Shown: positions 26,015 to 35,425 of the stretch, piece after piece
How positions within the stretch are numbered: the first letter of the stretch is position 1
Layout of the letters: each line of letters begins with the position of its first letter
Origin: an uncultured virus (IMG/VR IMGVR_UViG_3300025769_000102)
Lineage: Duplodnaviria > Heunggongvirae > Uroviricota > Caudoviricetes
Virus record (IMG/VR): IMGVR_UViG_3300025769_000102
Length of the DNA: 64,000 bases
Strand: one strand, 5' to 3'
Notes under the pieces: model-generated
Databases searched by the model: none
What the model saw: only the letters and a program-made list of their open reading frames with translations
What the model was told of the DNA's origin: nothing
Translations under genes and position numbers: made by a program

Positions 26015-29000
26015 TTATTTATTTAGTTTTGGTACTGTGGATTTGTTTAGTTTTGGTACTGTGGATTTGTTTAGTTTTGGTACTGTGGATTTGTTTAGTT
26101 TTGGACCTGTAAACCTGCTTATTTTGTTTGATTTTGAGGTTGCTGCATTTTTCCCTGCACCAAAAAGATATTTATTATATATTTTTCTTAGTGTTTTGTA
26201 TCCAGGAATAACACCACTATTGCCAGCTATTTCAAATGGAATCCTTGTAAGAAGCTCATCTAAGTTTCTATCTCTTGTCTCTTGCCTTTTAGACGCAGTA
26301 GCTCTAGTTATCAACTTCCCTGCTCTGTCTACTGTTTTTACCATAGGGGTATAAGACCCTAAAGAATTAATTACAACATTTGAAATCATATTGTCTTGAG
26401 GTTTTACTTCCATAGGTATCTTAGAAAAAACAATCCCATCCTTATATGCATTATAATCTCCTGAGAATGTTATTCCTTCTCCGTACTCTCTATTTAGCCA
26501 CTCAGCTCCATAGTTTACTGGCATTTGGGCTACATTGCCTAAATATCTACCTAAAGCTAATGTTGCAATAGCACCTAGAACTCCCTTACTAACTTCTTCA
26601 TCTATCTCTTTTTCATCATCTTCATCATCTAGACCCAGTAGAGAAAATACTACAGAAAAAGCCATATCTATTGCCATCTTATACATTGACATACGAATCA
26701 CAGTGGCAGTTAGAAGTAATGCTCCTTGAGACTTAGTTAAGTCCCCCTTACCAATCATTGACTGAACACCTTTTAAAGCAGAGTAGTACTCAAATGTTCT
26801 AAATCTTGACATATACCTGTTTACTGTTTGTAGTGCTTGCTTAATTGCACTTGCATCCCTATCAAGTATGTTTTTTGGTATTGCGTCAAATGGATTGTTT
26901 GATGCTGCGTTATCTATAACTGCTGCATCCCCATCTTCGGAAGCTTTCTGTATTGCACTATCAAATTTATTTCTATAATTTTCATCGTTAGCAATTTTTT
27001 CCCAGTTAGGCTTTTGACCTGTTGACTCTTCAAATGATGCGCTAAATGCCCCTATAAATAATGGCTTTGCAACTAAAGAATCTGGCTTTGTAATCAAGTC
27101 TTCGTTAAACTTCATAAAAGCTTTAGCAGGCTTTTTTAATACGCTAAATACTTTACCAATTCTATCTCCAAAATCTGATGTCATTTGCTCTTGTTGGAAT
27201 AGAGGTGCAGATGCATATAGTCTTTCTTCAATGTCTTTACTACCTCCTTCGTTTTCAGTTAATCTTGCGGTTTGAGTAGAATACAGATTATTCAAAGCCT
27301 TGTTAATAGTATCTTTAGGAACTTTACTTAAAACTTGAAACCCTTCATTAAAGGCTATTGGGTTATAAAGTATTGCGTGTGTAGCATTTGATGCTAATTC
27401 TACAGCAGCCTTTATCGGACCAGCAAGTTGAGCCAAGTATCCAGACCTTCCTAAGAAACTCAAAGCCTTCTCTATAAAAGCCCTATCTTTTGTTACGTTT
27501 TTGTACTCACTTCTTATTATAGAGTCATACACCTCTTCAAGTGAATTAAATAAATCTTTCTGATAGTCAGTTTTTGCATTAGCCTTTAGATTTGCTAACA
27601 CCCTTTTACCTATTTTTACCGCAGGAACCATATAGTAACTAACAGTAGCCTTCCTTGAAATAGCGTTAGCATTATAAATAGGGTCAAAAGATATTGAGTG
27701 AGGCTTACCATTTCTTTGAAACAGAGCCTTACTCTTCATACTGACTGGGTTTGCAAAGTTGTCGGCCAAAGCTTCAAACTCTTCCTCTGAAGTCATTGTA
27801 TTTTGACCCTTAGTAATTCTAGGTAGGTGAACATAATTTTTTCTTAGAACAAACGGAAGCCCTTGTCTTGCTGCATCCATCCGAGCCATTTCTTGTATGT
27901 CGCTATAAACCTTATCAATTAAAGCTAAAGACTTCTTTTCTTTGTCTGTAAAGCTATTAAAAATCTTGTCTGCGTCTATCTCTCCGTCAATAGATAAATA
28001 CTCATCCCTAATTTTTTCTATAGTAGCTCTCTCTCTATCTGAAAGGTCAACCAATGGGTCTTTAAGGGTGTGATTAATCATACTAATTGCAGTAACAAGC
28101 TCTGCGTTTGCTTTTTTACCCCCGTTAGAATCGTACTCCCTTTGAATTTGATAAATCATTATCTTAACCTTCTGGGCGTATCTTTTATTTCTACTTATAT
28201 CTAAAAATGCTCCAGCCCTGTCTAAATCTTTTTTAGCCATCTTCAGCTTCTTTGATGCTGCTTCAAAAGCAACTCCAGTTGGTCTAAAAACATTTTCATA
28301 AATCTTTGTAGATTTAAATCCTTTTGCTGCATCGTTAAGTATCTGGTCAATATTTTTAAGAGGTGTTGACCTAATCCTTTCCATTATTGGTGTAACTTGC
28401 TTATCTCTAGCTCTAAAGATATTCATTATGGTGGTCTTGGCTCTAGTTAAAAGTTTATCTATAAACCCTCTCTCTAAAGTCTCTCCTGTTGCTGTGTTTT
28501 TTGATAGCCTGTCAGCTTTAATAGTGTCTACTGACTGTATTAAATCTGAACCTATATACCCAGCCATAAGCCCTTCTAACCCTCTAACTAACTTTTGTAT
28601 TTCATTAGTGGTTAAGTTCTCAAGGTCTTTAAGTGTTAATGTTTTTACAATCCTAAGTACACTTCTTTCGTCATCATTTAAGTCTTTGAAAGATTTCGGT
28701 ATTCCTTGAATTGCTGCTTCAAAGTCTTCAGTTGCTTCACTTCTTCTTTCTTGAGCCGTCTTTGCCTTGTCCTCCGCTGAAACATTTTCCTTCTTAGTTT
28801 CGTTAATTTGGTCTTTAAATCTTACAAGCAACTCAAACTCTGAGTCTGTGATTTTATTTTCCTTTTTCATCTGGTTAAGATTCTCAAGGACACTCTTGTT
28901 AGGGTCAAGATTATTGTTTATTCTGTCTCTAATTATCTCCTGTGCCAACTTGTAATCAGCTTGGAAACTTGTTATAACTGCCTCAGCAAGAGATTTTAGC

Positions 29001-32000
29001 TCTATTCTTGATGGCATATCAAATTTTTTACTTACGCTTGCTAAAGACGATATTATTTTATCATATTTAACAAGTGTCTTATCTGATAAGTACTGTGGAT
29101 TTATTTTTAATGCATCAACAAGGATGTTGTTAAGCTCCTTTAGTGAACCTATTTTACCAATATTGCTCAAAGCTTTCCCAAGAGTTTTCTTTCTGTTATA
29201 TCTAGCTTGCCTTTTAATATCTCTGCTAATAACATCCATAACCTCAGCAACCTTCTTTTGCATTGTTGCTGGTGTTGCATTCTCAATATTCTTCATTATG
29301 CTTTTGATAGCTCTTTTGGATACGCTATCTAAACCAGAATTTTTTAATATTTCAGCAATCTGTTTTCTTACTTCTTTTCTTGCTTCTTTATTTCTGCTAA
29401 TCTTATTTTTGAATGTCTCTCTAATTCTATTTATTTTAGATTGCATTCTATCTAAAGCTTCTTCTACAAACTCTGAGTATATAAAGTCTGCATCTTCTGC
29501 TCTATCCTTCATAGAATTAAAAAACTCAAGGTATCCTTGTTTTATTATTTCTGCCTCTGTTAAACCACTACCAGTTAATTCATCAGTTAAAAGAGTTGCT
29601 TTCTGCTGACGTATAGATGGAGCGTCTGGGTCAAAGGTGGTGTTAGTGCCATCTGCTAGTTTAGCTTGTGTAGGTTCAAAAGCAACAATCTCTAACCCAT
29701 TATCAAAATCTACACCATCAAAATTTTCTTTTAAAAGAAATTCTTTAAATTCTTTATTTGCTTTCTTTAAAGCGGTTGGTGAGTCATATTTTCTACTACC
29801 ATTTGATGCCCAATTTAAAAGGTCACTCCATTCTTTATTAGTCCCCTTGTATGGGTTTTTTATGTTTAGAAAAAAAGCTCTTGCTTCTGTAAGTTTGTTT
29901 TCTAAAAAAGGGTTTTGCAATCCTCCAATGAATGCGTATTGGTCTGCTGCTGATTTATTGGATGCAAAGAAAAACCCTGCCTTTGCTATTTCAGTATTAG
30001 TTAAAGAGCCAAGTTTCTTTTTGTCAAACACATCAAAATCTGCTGCACTTCCGTGATACACAACCATAGGCTCACCATTCTCGTCCACTACTTTACTCGC
30101 ATTCTTAGGGTCATTCTCCCAATCTCCGAACCAATTCTTGAATGCAGGGGTGCGAACTGTGTCGTATTGTACATCAGTTAAGTTAGATTGGTTACCATTA
30201 GGAGCTAACCTTGTAGTTCTCTGCTGACGGGTTTCTGGTGCGTCTGTAAAAAATATCTGGTCTTCTCTAGCAACATCTTCTGTTTCTTGTAAGGTTGTAT
30301 CTCTACGTTGCTCAGGAGTCATATCCATTCTCTTTTGGACATTCCGTGATTCTACTTCTCCTGCTAATCTTTTGTATTTTTCAAAAGAAGTAAGATTGTT
30401 GTTTTTTAAAGTTTTATAAACAGTAGTTTCATCTACATCTATACCTCTGCTTAACTGTTGCTCTAACACAGAGGCGAGAGTTACTACTGTAGGTGAAGGT
30501 TTCTCTCCGAAAATTTCCTCATATTTTTTTACTGCATCGCTACCATATGTTATATCCCAACCTTTTTCAGGGTTTTTTATTGCAACGTCTTTAGCAAAAG
30601 ACCGAAGAGCATTAACATTGCTAAACCTCAATGTGTCCATTTCATTGTCAAACATTCCAGAATTTCCACCCCTTTCAAAACCTTCAATATCTTGTATTAT
30701 ATGTTGTATTTCGTGCAATAAAACAGATTTTCCAAACTCAACATCTCCATTAAAGATACCATCAGACATAAATATATCCCAACCGTTTCTTCTTTTTAAC
30801 ATCTGAGCCATAGTACCAAAGGAAGCATCAGACGTTAACCCTCTACCAACAAATACTTTCTCGCCAATTTGAGGATATAGTTTTAATAATTCTCCACTTA
30901 CTATATTTTTCAACTTGGTAACATATCCTTGTGCACCTTCCCATTCGTCAGTCCAAGGTGTGACATCCCCTGTGATGGTTATATCATCTATCTCATATCT
31001 CCACTTACCATCAGCACCACGCTCCCATCCTGTTGCTATACGAATAGTTTTAGCGTCTTTATTGTCGGTTTCCATTTGTCTCGCAACGCTAAGGTTATCC
31101 CTTACGTTTTGAGATAGTTCTGCGTTTTCTCCTATAATCTGCTTACGGGTTTCTGGTGCGGTTATATTTTTAACTGCACTTGGAACTGCACCACCATAAG
31201 GAGCTATGCTTGAAGTTTTTTCTGAAATACCTTTGCCTGATATTTTTTCTTTAATATCTGTAGGCATAATTTCTTCAGCGTTCATTTTAATATCTGGCAC
31301 ACCTACTAATTCTCCTAATATATCAGTAGAATAAGTAGAATGTTTGGATTTACCTCCTAATTTAGTTGGTTTTAAAACCAACATTATATCATTCTGAGAA
31401 AAATTATTTTCTTTATAAAAGCCATCCCTTAATTCATTTAAGTCTACAAACCCCCCTAATTCTTGAACTAATTTATGAAATTTAGTATTTGGTTTTTTAA
31501 ATTGTTCATTAACTGCTATTAAAAAAGCTTTTCTTCTAGTACTTTTTCTCATATCGGCCCAGCTATCAAACTCCTCTAAAGTTTCTTTTATTCCTTTAAC
31601 TGGGTTAGTAGCTAATGCTTTTTCCTTAAAAGATTCATAATCTCCTAACTTCTTTTTGTAAATATCAAAAACTTTTTTATTGAATAACTTACTTACTATA
31701 GGAGAACCGCTAATAATAAATATAAAATCAGCCTCTTTTATATTTTTATTTAATTTAACATCATCTAATCCACTAGCCCATATCGCTTTCTTTTTTCTGT
31801 TTTCAGGTTGTAAAGCAAAACTAGGTCCAGCATCCATCTGAACACCTTCATACTCTCCTAATCCCAATTGGTCAGCTACCCAGAACCAAACTTTTTGGTT
31901 CTTTTTAATTATGTCATCTATAAGTGAAATTAAATCTATTTTATCTTTAGAAGTTACTAATGACATTTTGTAAGACTCCTTAAAGTCGATTTGTTTTCTT

Positions 32001-35000
32001 TTTTCAAGAGATGGTTTATTTATTATGGTTGGATTCCCTATAGGAGCAGTTGATTGTAATATATCTATATCAGCTTGCTCAATAACTTCTCCACTTGCAA
32101 CCTTTTGAGATACAACTGATAAAAACTCTATAATATCCTTATCGCTATCTAACATACCTTTTATTGGTATATTAAGAACCTTAGCAAGCTTTCTTAACCA
32201 TTCGTTTATTAATTTCTTAACAGGAGATGAAGTCTCGTAGTTCTCTGCTAGTATACCAAAAAGTTCAGAAATGCTTTCCTCAGATTGAAGTCCGTTAGTA
32301 TACTTACTAGCAAATGCATCAAGTCGTTTAAGTAACTTTGGACTAGCTATCCTTCTAACAGCATCCAGCATATCTGATGTAATTCTCTGTGCCTCTTTGT
32401 TTGTTATTCCATCCTTAAGTAATATTGCGTGAAACACTTCGTGTGCAACAGTTCTTAGGTTTGCTTTTTCAAGGTTTATTTTTATAGTTTTTGTTGCTAG
32501 TACATACTCACCACCATCAATAGGATTACCTCCAGAAGCTTCATACTCTTTTTGAGTTTCGTATACCTCGATGGTAACACCCTTAGCAATATTTGATAAA
32601 GCCTTAATGGCGTTTTTAATCTGACCTCTAATTTTATTTTTTATAGCTTCACTATTAACTTCAGAACTATATTCTTTTTGAGACCTTTTATTTTCTTCTG
32701 ATTTTGATTCTTTTTTATATTTTTTTTCTAAAGATTGTCTTTCTTTTTCTAGTTTATTTTTTTTATCTCCTAACTCATTATTCTTTTTTTCATAAGAATT
32801 TTTAATCTTATCTCTTTTTGCTTCAAGAGCTTTTATTTTTTTTTGCTTTTCTTCCTTTGATAAATTTTTATCATCTTTTATCTTTTCTCTTTCGTCAAAG
32901 TTTTTGTCGGAATCTTCTTTGTACTTTTCCCGTTCTTTTTTTCTTTGAGCTACAACATCAGCAATTTCTTTTGTTTTACTTTCTACTTGAGATTTAGTTT
33001 TAGATTTAGTTTCTACAGTAGGTTTGGCTTTTGTTGTTTTAGTAGGCTTAGATTTTGTTGTTTTAGTAGCTTTAGGTTTTTTAGCTTCAACCTCACTAGT
33101 TTGTTGTGTTGGTTTAGAAACTTCTGTTTTTAAAGAGCTTATATTTCGTGGAAGTTGTATTTCTCCTTTAGACATTGCTACATCACCTTTTCTACCCTCT
33201 AACAAATTATCATATAATGCTTTAGGTATGGCAATTTTATAAACTTTTCTATTGCCCATTGCAGCATACCTCTCTGCCTCAGCTTTAAAAGGAGTAAACC
33301 AAGAGCCTGCGTTTCCTCTAACAGAAAGTGGTAAATTCTCTGTATCCACAACCTTTCCTTCTGCTCTATATACATTAATAAATTCAGTTCCTTCAGGTGT
33401 TTGATTTACATTCTTGTTATATAAAGTTTCATCTATATAATCAATGTTATCAACCTCACTAGTTGGTTGTGTAGTTTCTAAAGCAGCTTCTTCTACAGTA
33501 GGCTCAGTAAATGTTTTTAAAATTTCTTCTACTTCAGAAGTTTTATCATTAAAGATAGCTTGCTCCTTCTCAGTAAGCTCGGTATTATCTTTAACCTTCT
33601 GCGCTAATGAGTTTAATCTTTCATCAGTTACATTCCCATTGTCAACAAAATCTTTGTACTCAGAATCAGTTACATCTATTTCTATTGATGTACTTTCTTC
33701 TTCAATGTTTCCAATTTCTTCTAATCTAGATTGTACTTCTTTAAGTCTATTTGATTCAATCTTAGTTAACGATGCATTATCAACATCCTTTATTTTATCT
33801 TTTAGCTTTTTTTCCTCCATTAAAAGGTTTACAACCTCTGGTTTGTTTTCTTTTGATAGTCTACCAATCTTATTTGCGGTGTTTACAGCCCCCTGAGTGG
33901 CTCTAAAGTTTTCTTTTATAGTATCAGCTTCCTCTTGGGTCATTCGCCCATTAGCGACCTCTATTTCTACTTGCTCGTCAACTATGCTAGATGTGTTTTT
34001 ATTAGAAGCTAAATCTATTGTTGCTTGGTCAATATCTGTGTCTGGGGCAAATACAGATGAAGTATTTTTGTATCCTCCATCTTTGGCTGTTTTATTTGCT
34101 TGAACCCTCCCACTTACAACCTTTAGATTATTGTATGCAGCAGGCCCTACACTTAATGCTGCACCACCAAATTCTCCAATAGTTTCAAGAGCTATCTCTT
34201 TAATATCCATATCTTGACCTATCGCAAACCTAGCCGCAGCTTCACCAGCACCGCCACCTGCACCTTCTATTGCTGTACCACCAACAACAGCACCTGTTTT
34301 TATAGCAGCTCTAGATGCAACGCTTGTCCCTTTTTTTACTGCTTTTAAAGCAGCACCTGTAAATTTATTTGCAATTCCAAAAGTTATATAATCTACAGCT
34401 CCAATTATAGAACCTCTAGCAATAGCTTTTGTCCTTAATTCTGATAGTTTTTCTGGGTCACTTAGTACAGCTTTTACATTTTCAAATGTAAGTTCACCTT
34501 CTATTTCTTCTTGAAGTAGCTCATTAAAAGTTAATGTTGCCTCCATAGTTGCCTGCAAAGCCGCTTGCCCACCTCTAAGTGCAGCAAGAGCAGTAGCCCC
34601 AACAGCAACAGGGGCAGCTATGCCTCCAGTAGCGGCAGTGGCAGCAGCTCCAATACCTCCAGTAACAGCAGCACTAGCCCCAGCACCAGCAACAGTAGCC
34701 GCTATAACCTCTTCGGATTGAAGAGAGCCGACCATAGTTGCTAAAGAACTAGCCATTAACGGAACTGCAATTCCAGGATTTTCTATTGTTGCCATTAGAA
34801 TACCGTAAGCTCCTCCTCCATTTTCGTCAACAGCTTTATCCCAAGCCGCCATTTCATCTTGAATCTTTTGATTTTTGGCTAACTCTTTATTTATTCTTAT
34901 GTATTCATACAACTGCCTATCGGTAGCATCATCGCCTGCAATCATCAAATCCATTGTAGGGTCAACAGCGTCTGATTGAGCTAGTCCTGCATTAATAGCC

Positions 35001-35407
35001 CTATAGGTGTCTCCAATAGCATTAGTAATTACGTTTTTTCCAAACATCTCCTCAATAAGAGTGTTTTCTTCTTGTGATTTAAACGCAGTAAACGGAGCCT
35101 CTTCAACATCAACTTTAGGTTCATCTTTTTTTACAAGTATTCCTTGACTTACATAATCATCAAAGGTGTCAGGATACGCTTCTCTAAGTGCATTTTCTCC
35201 GTAAAGGTTCCCGTCATACTCATAAACCGAACCTACGACTTCTGCCTCAGTGTCTTGTTGAATTTCATCTTCAACAACTTCTTCTGACTCTTTTTTTAAA
35301 AGAATACCTTCAGATACATAATCATCAAATGTATCTGGATATGCTTCTCTAAGTGCAGACTCTGAGTAAGATGTTCCTTCGTATTCGTAAATGTTATCTT
35401 CTTCCAT
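26015..35407 (-). CDS. Giant polyvalent internal virion (ejection) protein with ART-like, zincin, LPD23-like and ART-PolyVal-like domains
   Basis: Hydrophobic Gly/Ala segments; VYRAE..GSWFT..A.RY; AHEVFH; TGWERGADGKWRYEI..LLHEIQH.IQ.IEGF..GG..Y.RLAGEVESR; FKNWFGDW..SKVVDENGEP.VVYHG..GFFF..FLNIKNP..FDGV. Confidence 0.85.
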   Translation of the reverse strand: MEEDNIYEYEGTSYSESALREAYPDTFDDYVSEGILLKKESEEVVEDEIQQDTEAEVVGSVYEYDGNLYGENALREAYPDTFDDYVSQGILVKKDEPKVDVEEAPFTAFKSQEENTLIEEMFGKNVITNAIGDTYRAINAGLAQSDAVDPTMDLMIAGDDATDRQLYEYIRINKELAKNQKIQDEMAAWDKAVDENGGGAYGILMATIENPGIAVPLMASSLATMVGSLQSEEVIAATVAGAGASAAVTGGIGAAATAATGGIAAPVAVGATALAALRGGQAALQATMEATLTFNELLQEEIEGELTFENVKAVLSDPEKLSELRTKAIARGSIIGAVDYITFGIANKFTGAALKAVKKGTSVASRAAIKTGAVVGGTAIEGAGGGAGEAAARFAIGQDMDIKEIALETIGEFGGAALSVGPAAYNNLKVVSGRVQANKTAKDGGYKNTSSVFAPDTDIDQATIDLASNKNTSSIVDEQVEIEVANGRMTQEEADTIKENFRATQGAVNTANKIGRLSKENKPEVVNLLMEEKKLKDKIKDVDNASLTKIESNRLKEVQSRLEEIGNIEEESTSIEIDVTDSEYKDFVDNGNVTDERLNSLAQKVKDNTELTEKEQAIFNDKTSEVEEILKTFTEPTVEEAALETTQPTSEVDNIDYIDETLYNKNVNQTPEGTEFINVYRAEGKVVDTENLPLSVRGNAGSWFTPFKAEAERYAAMGNRKVYKIAIPKALYDNLLEGRKGDVAMSKGEIQLPRNISSLKTEVSKPTQQTSEVEAKKPKATKTTKSKPTKTTKAKPTVETKSKTKSQVESKTKEIADVVAQRKKEREKYKEDSDKNFDEREKIKDDKNLSKEEKQKKIKALEAKRDKIKNSYEKKNNELGDKKNKLEKERQSLEKKYKKESKSEENKRSQKEYSSEVNSEAIKNKIRGQIKNAIKALSNIAKGVTIEVYETQKEYEASGGNPIDGGEYVLATKTIKINLEKANLRTVAHEVFHAILLKDGITNKEAQRITSDMLDAVRRIASPKLLKRLDAFASKYTNGLQSEESISELFGILAENYETSSPVKKLINEWLRKLAKVLNIPIKGMLDSDKDIIEFLSVVSQKVASGEVIEQADIDILQSTAPIGNPTIINKPSLEKRKQIDFKESYKMSLVTSKDKIDLISLIDDIIKKNQKVWFWVADQLGLGEYEGVQMDAGPSFALQPENRKKKAIWASGLDDVKLNKNIKEADFIFIISGSPIVSKLFNKKVFDIYKKKLGDYESFKEKALATNPVKGIKETLEEFDSWADMRKSTRRKAFLIAVNEQFKKPNTKFHKLVQELGGFVDLNELRDGFYKENNFSQNDIMLVLKPTKLGGKSKHSTYSTDILGELVGVPDIKMNAEEIMPTDIKEKISGKGISEKTSSIAPYGGAVPSAVKNITAPETRKQIIGENAELSQNVRDNLSVARQMETDNKDAKTIRIATGWERGADGKWRYEIDDITITGDVTPWTDEWEGAQGYVTKLKNIVSGELLKLYPQIGEKVFVGRGLTSDASFGTMAQMLKRRNGWDIFMSDGIFNGDVEFGKSVLLHEIQHIIQDIEGFERGGNSGMFDNEMDTLRFSNVNALRSFAKDVAIKNPEKGWDITYGSDAVKKYEEIFGEKPSPTVVTLASVLEQQLSRGIDVDETTVYKTLKNNNLTSFEKYKRLAGEVESRNVQKRMDMTPEQRRDTTLQETEDVAREDQIFFTDAPETRQQRTTRLAPNGNQSNLTDVQYDTVRTPAFKNWFGDWENDPKNASKVVDENGEPMVVYHGSAADFDVFDKKKLGSLTNTEIAKAGFFFASNKSAADQYAFIGGLQNPFLENKLTEARAFFLNIKNPYKGTNKEWSDLLNWASNGSRKYDSPTALKKANKEFKEFLLKENFDGVDFDNGLEIVAFEPTQAKLADGTNTTFDPDAPSIRQQKATLLTDELTGSGLTEAEIIKQGYLEFFNSMKDRAEDADFIYSEFVEEALDRMQSKINRIRETFKNKISRNKEARKEVRKQIAEILKNSGLDSVSKRAIKSIMKNIENATPATMQKKVAEVMDVISRDIKRQARYNRKKTLGKALSNIGKIGSLKELNNILVDALKINPQYLSDKTLVKYDKIISSLASVSKKFDMPSRIELKSLAEAVITSFQADYKLAQEIIRDRINNNLDPNKSVLENLNQMKKENKITDSEFELLVRFKDQINETKKENVSAEDKAKTAQERRSEATEDFEAAIQGIPKSFKDLNDDERSVLRIVKTLTLKDLENLTTNEIQKLVRGLEGLMAGYIGSDLIQSVDTIKADRLSKNTATGETLERGFIDKLLTRAKTTIMNIFRARDKQVTPIMERIRSTPLKNIDQILNDAAKGFKSTKIYENVFRPTGVAFEAASKKLKMAKKDLDRAGAFLDISRNKRYAQKVKIMIYQIQREYDSNGGKKANAELVTAISMINHTLKDPLVDLSDRERATIEKIRDEYLSIDGEIDADKIFNSFTDKEKKSLALIDKVYSDIQEMARMDAARQGLPFVLRKNYVHLPRITKGQNTMTSEEEFEALADNFANPVSMKSKALFQRNGKPHSISFDPIYNANAISRKATVSYYMVPAVKIGKRVLANLKANAKTDYQKDLFNSLEEVYDSIIRSEYKNVTKDRAFIEKALSFLGRSGYLAQLAGPIKAAVELASNATHAILYNPIAFNEGFQVLSKVPKDTINKALNNLYSTQTARLTENEGGSKDIEERLYASAPLFQQEQMTSDFGDRIGKVFSVLKKPAKAFMKFNEDLITKPDSLVAKPLFIGAFSASFEESTGQKPNWEKIANDENYRNKFDSAIQKASEDGDAAVIDNAASNNPFDAIPKNILDRDASAIKQALQTVNRYMSRFRTFEYYSALKGVQSMIGKGDLTKSQGALLLTATVIRMSMYKMAIDMAFSVVFSLLGLDDEDDEKEIDEEVSKGVLGAIATLALGRYLGNVAQMPVNYGAEWLNREYGEGITFSGDYNAYKDGIVFSKIPMEVKPQDNMISNVVINSLGSYTPMVKTVDRAGKLITRATASKRQETRDRNLDELLTRIPFEIAGNSGVIPGYKTLRKIYNKYLFGAGKNAATSKSNKISRFTGPKLNKSTVPKLNKSTVPKLNKSTVPKLNK
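26022..26104. repeat. 24-bp tandem repeat x3.5 encoding STVPKLNK
   Basis: TTTAGTTTTGGTACTGTGGATTTG units. Confidence 0.9.
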
Positions 35408-35425
35408 ATTATATTATTATGCTTG

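Noticed and set aside
26535..34103. Numerous + strand ORFs opposite the giant gene (and similar shadows opposite other genes)
   Set aside because: Antisense shadows of long coding frames, Ser/Leu/Phe-rich, with no motifs or leaders
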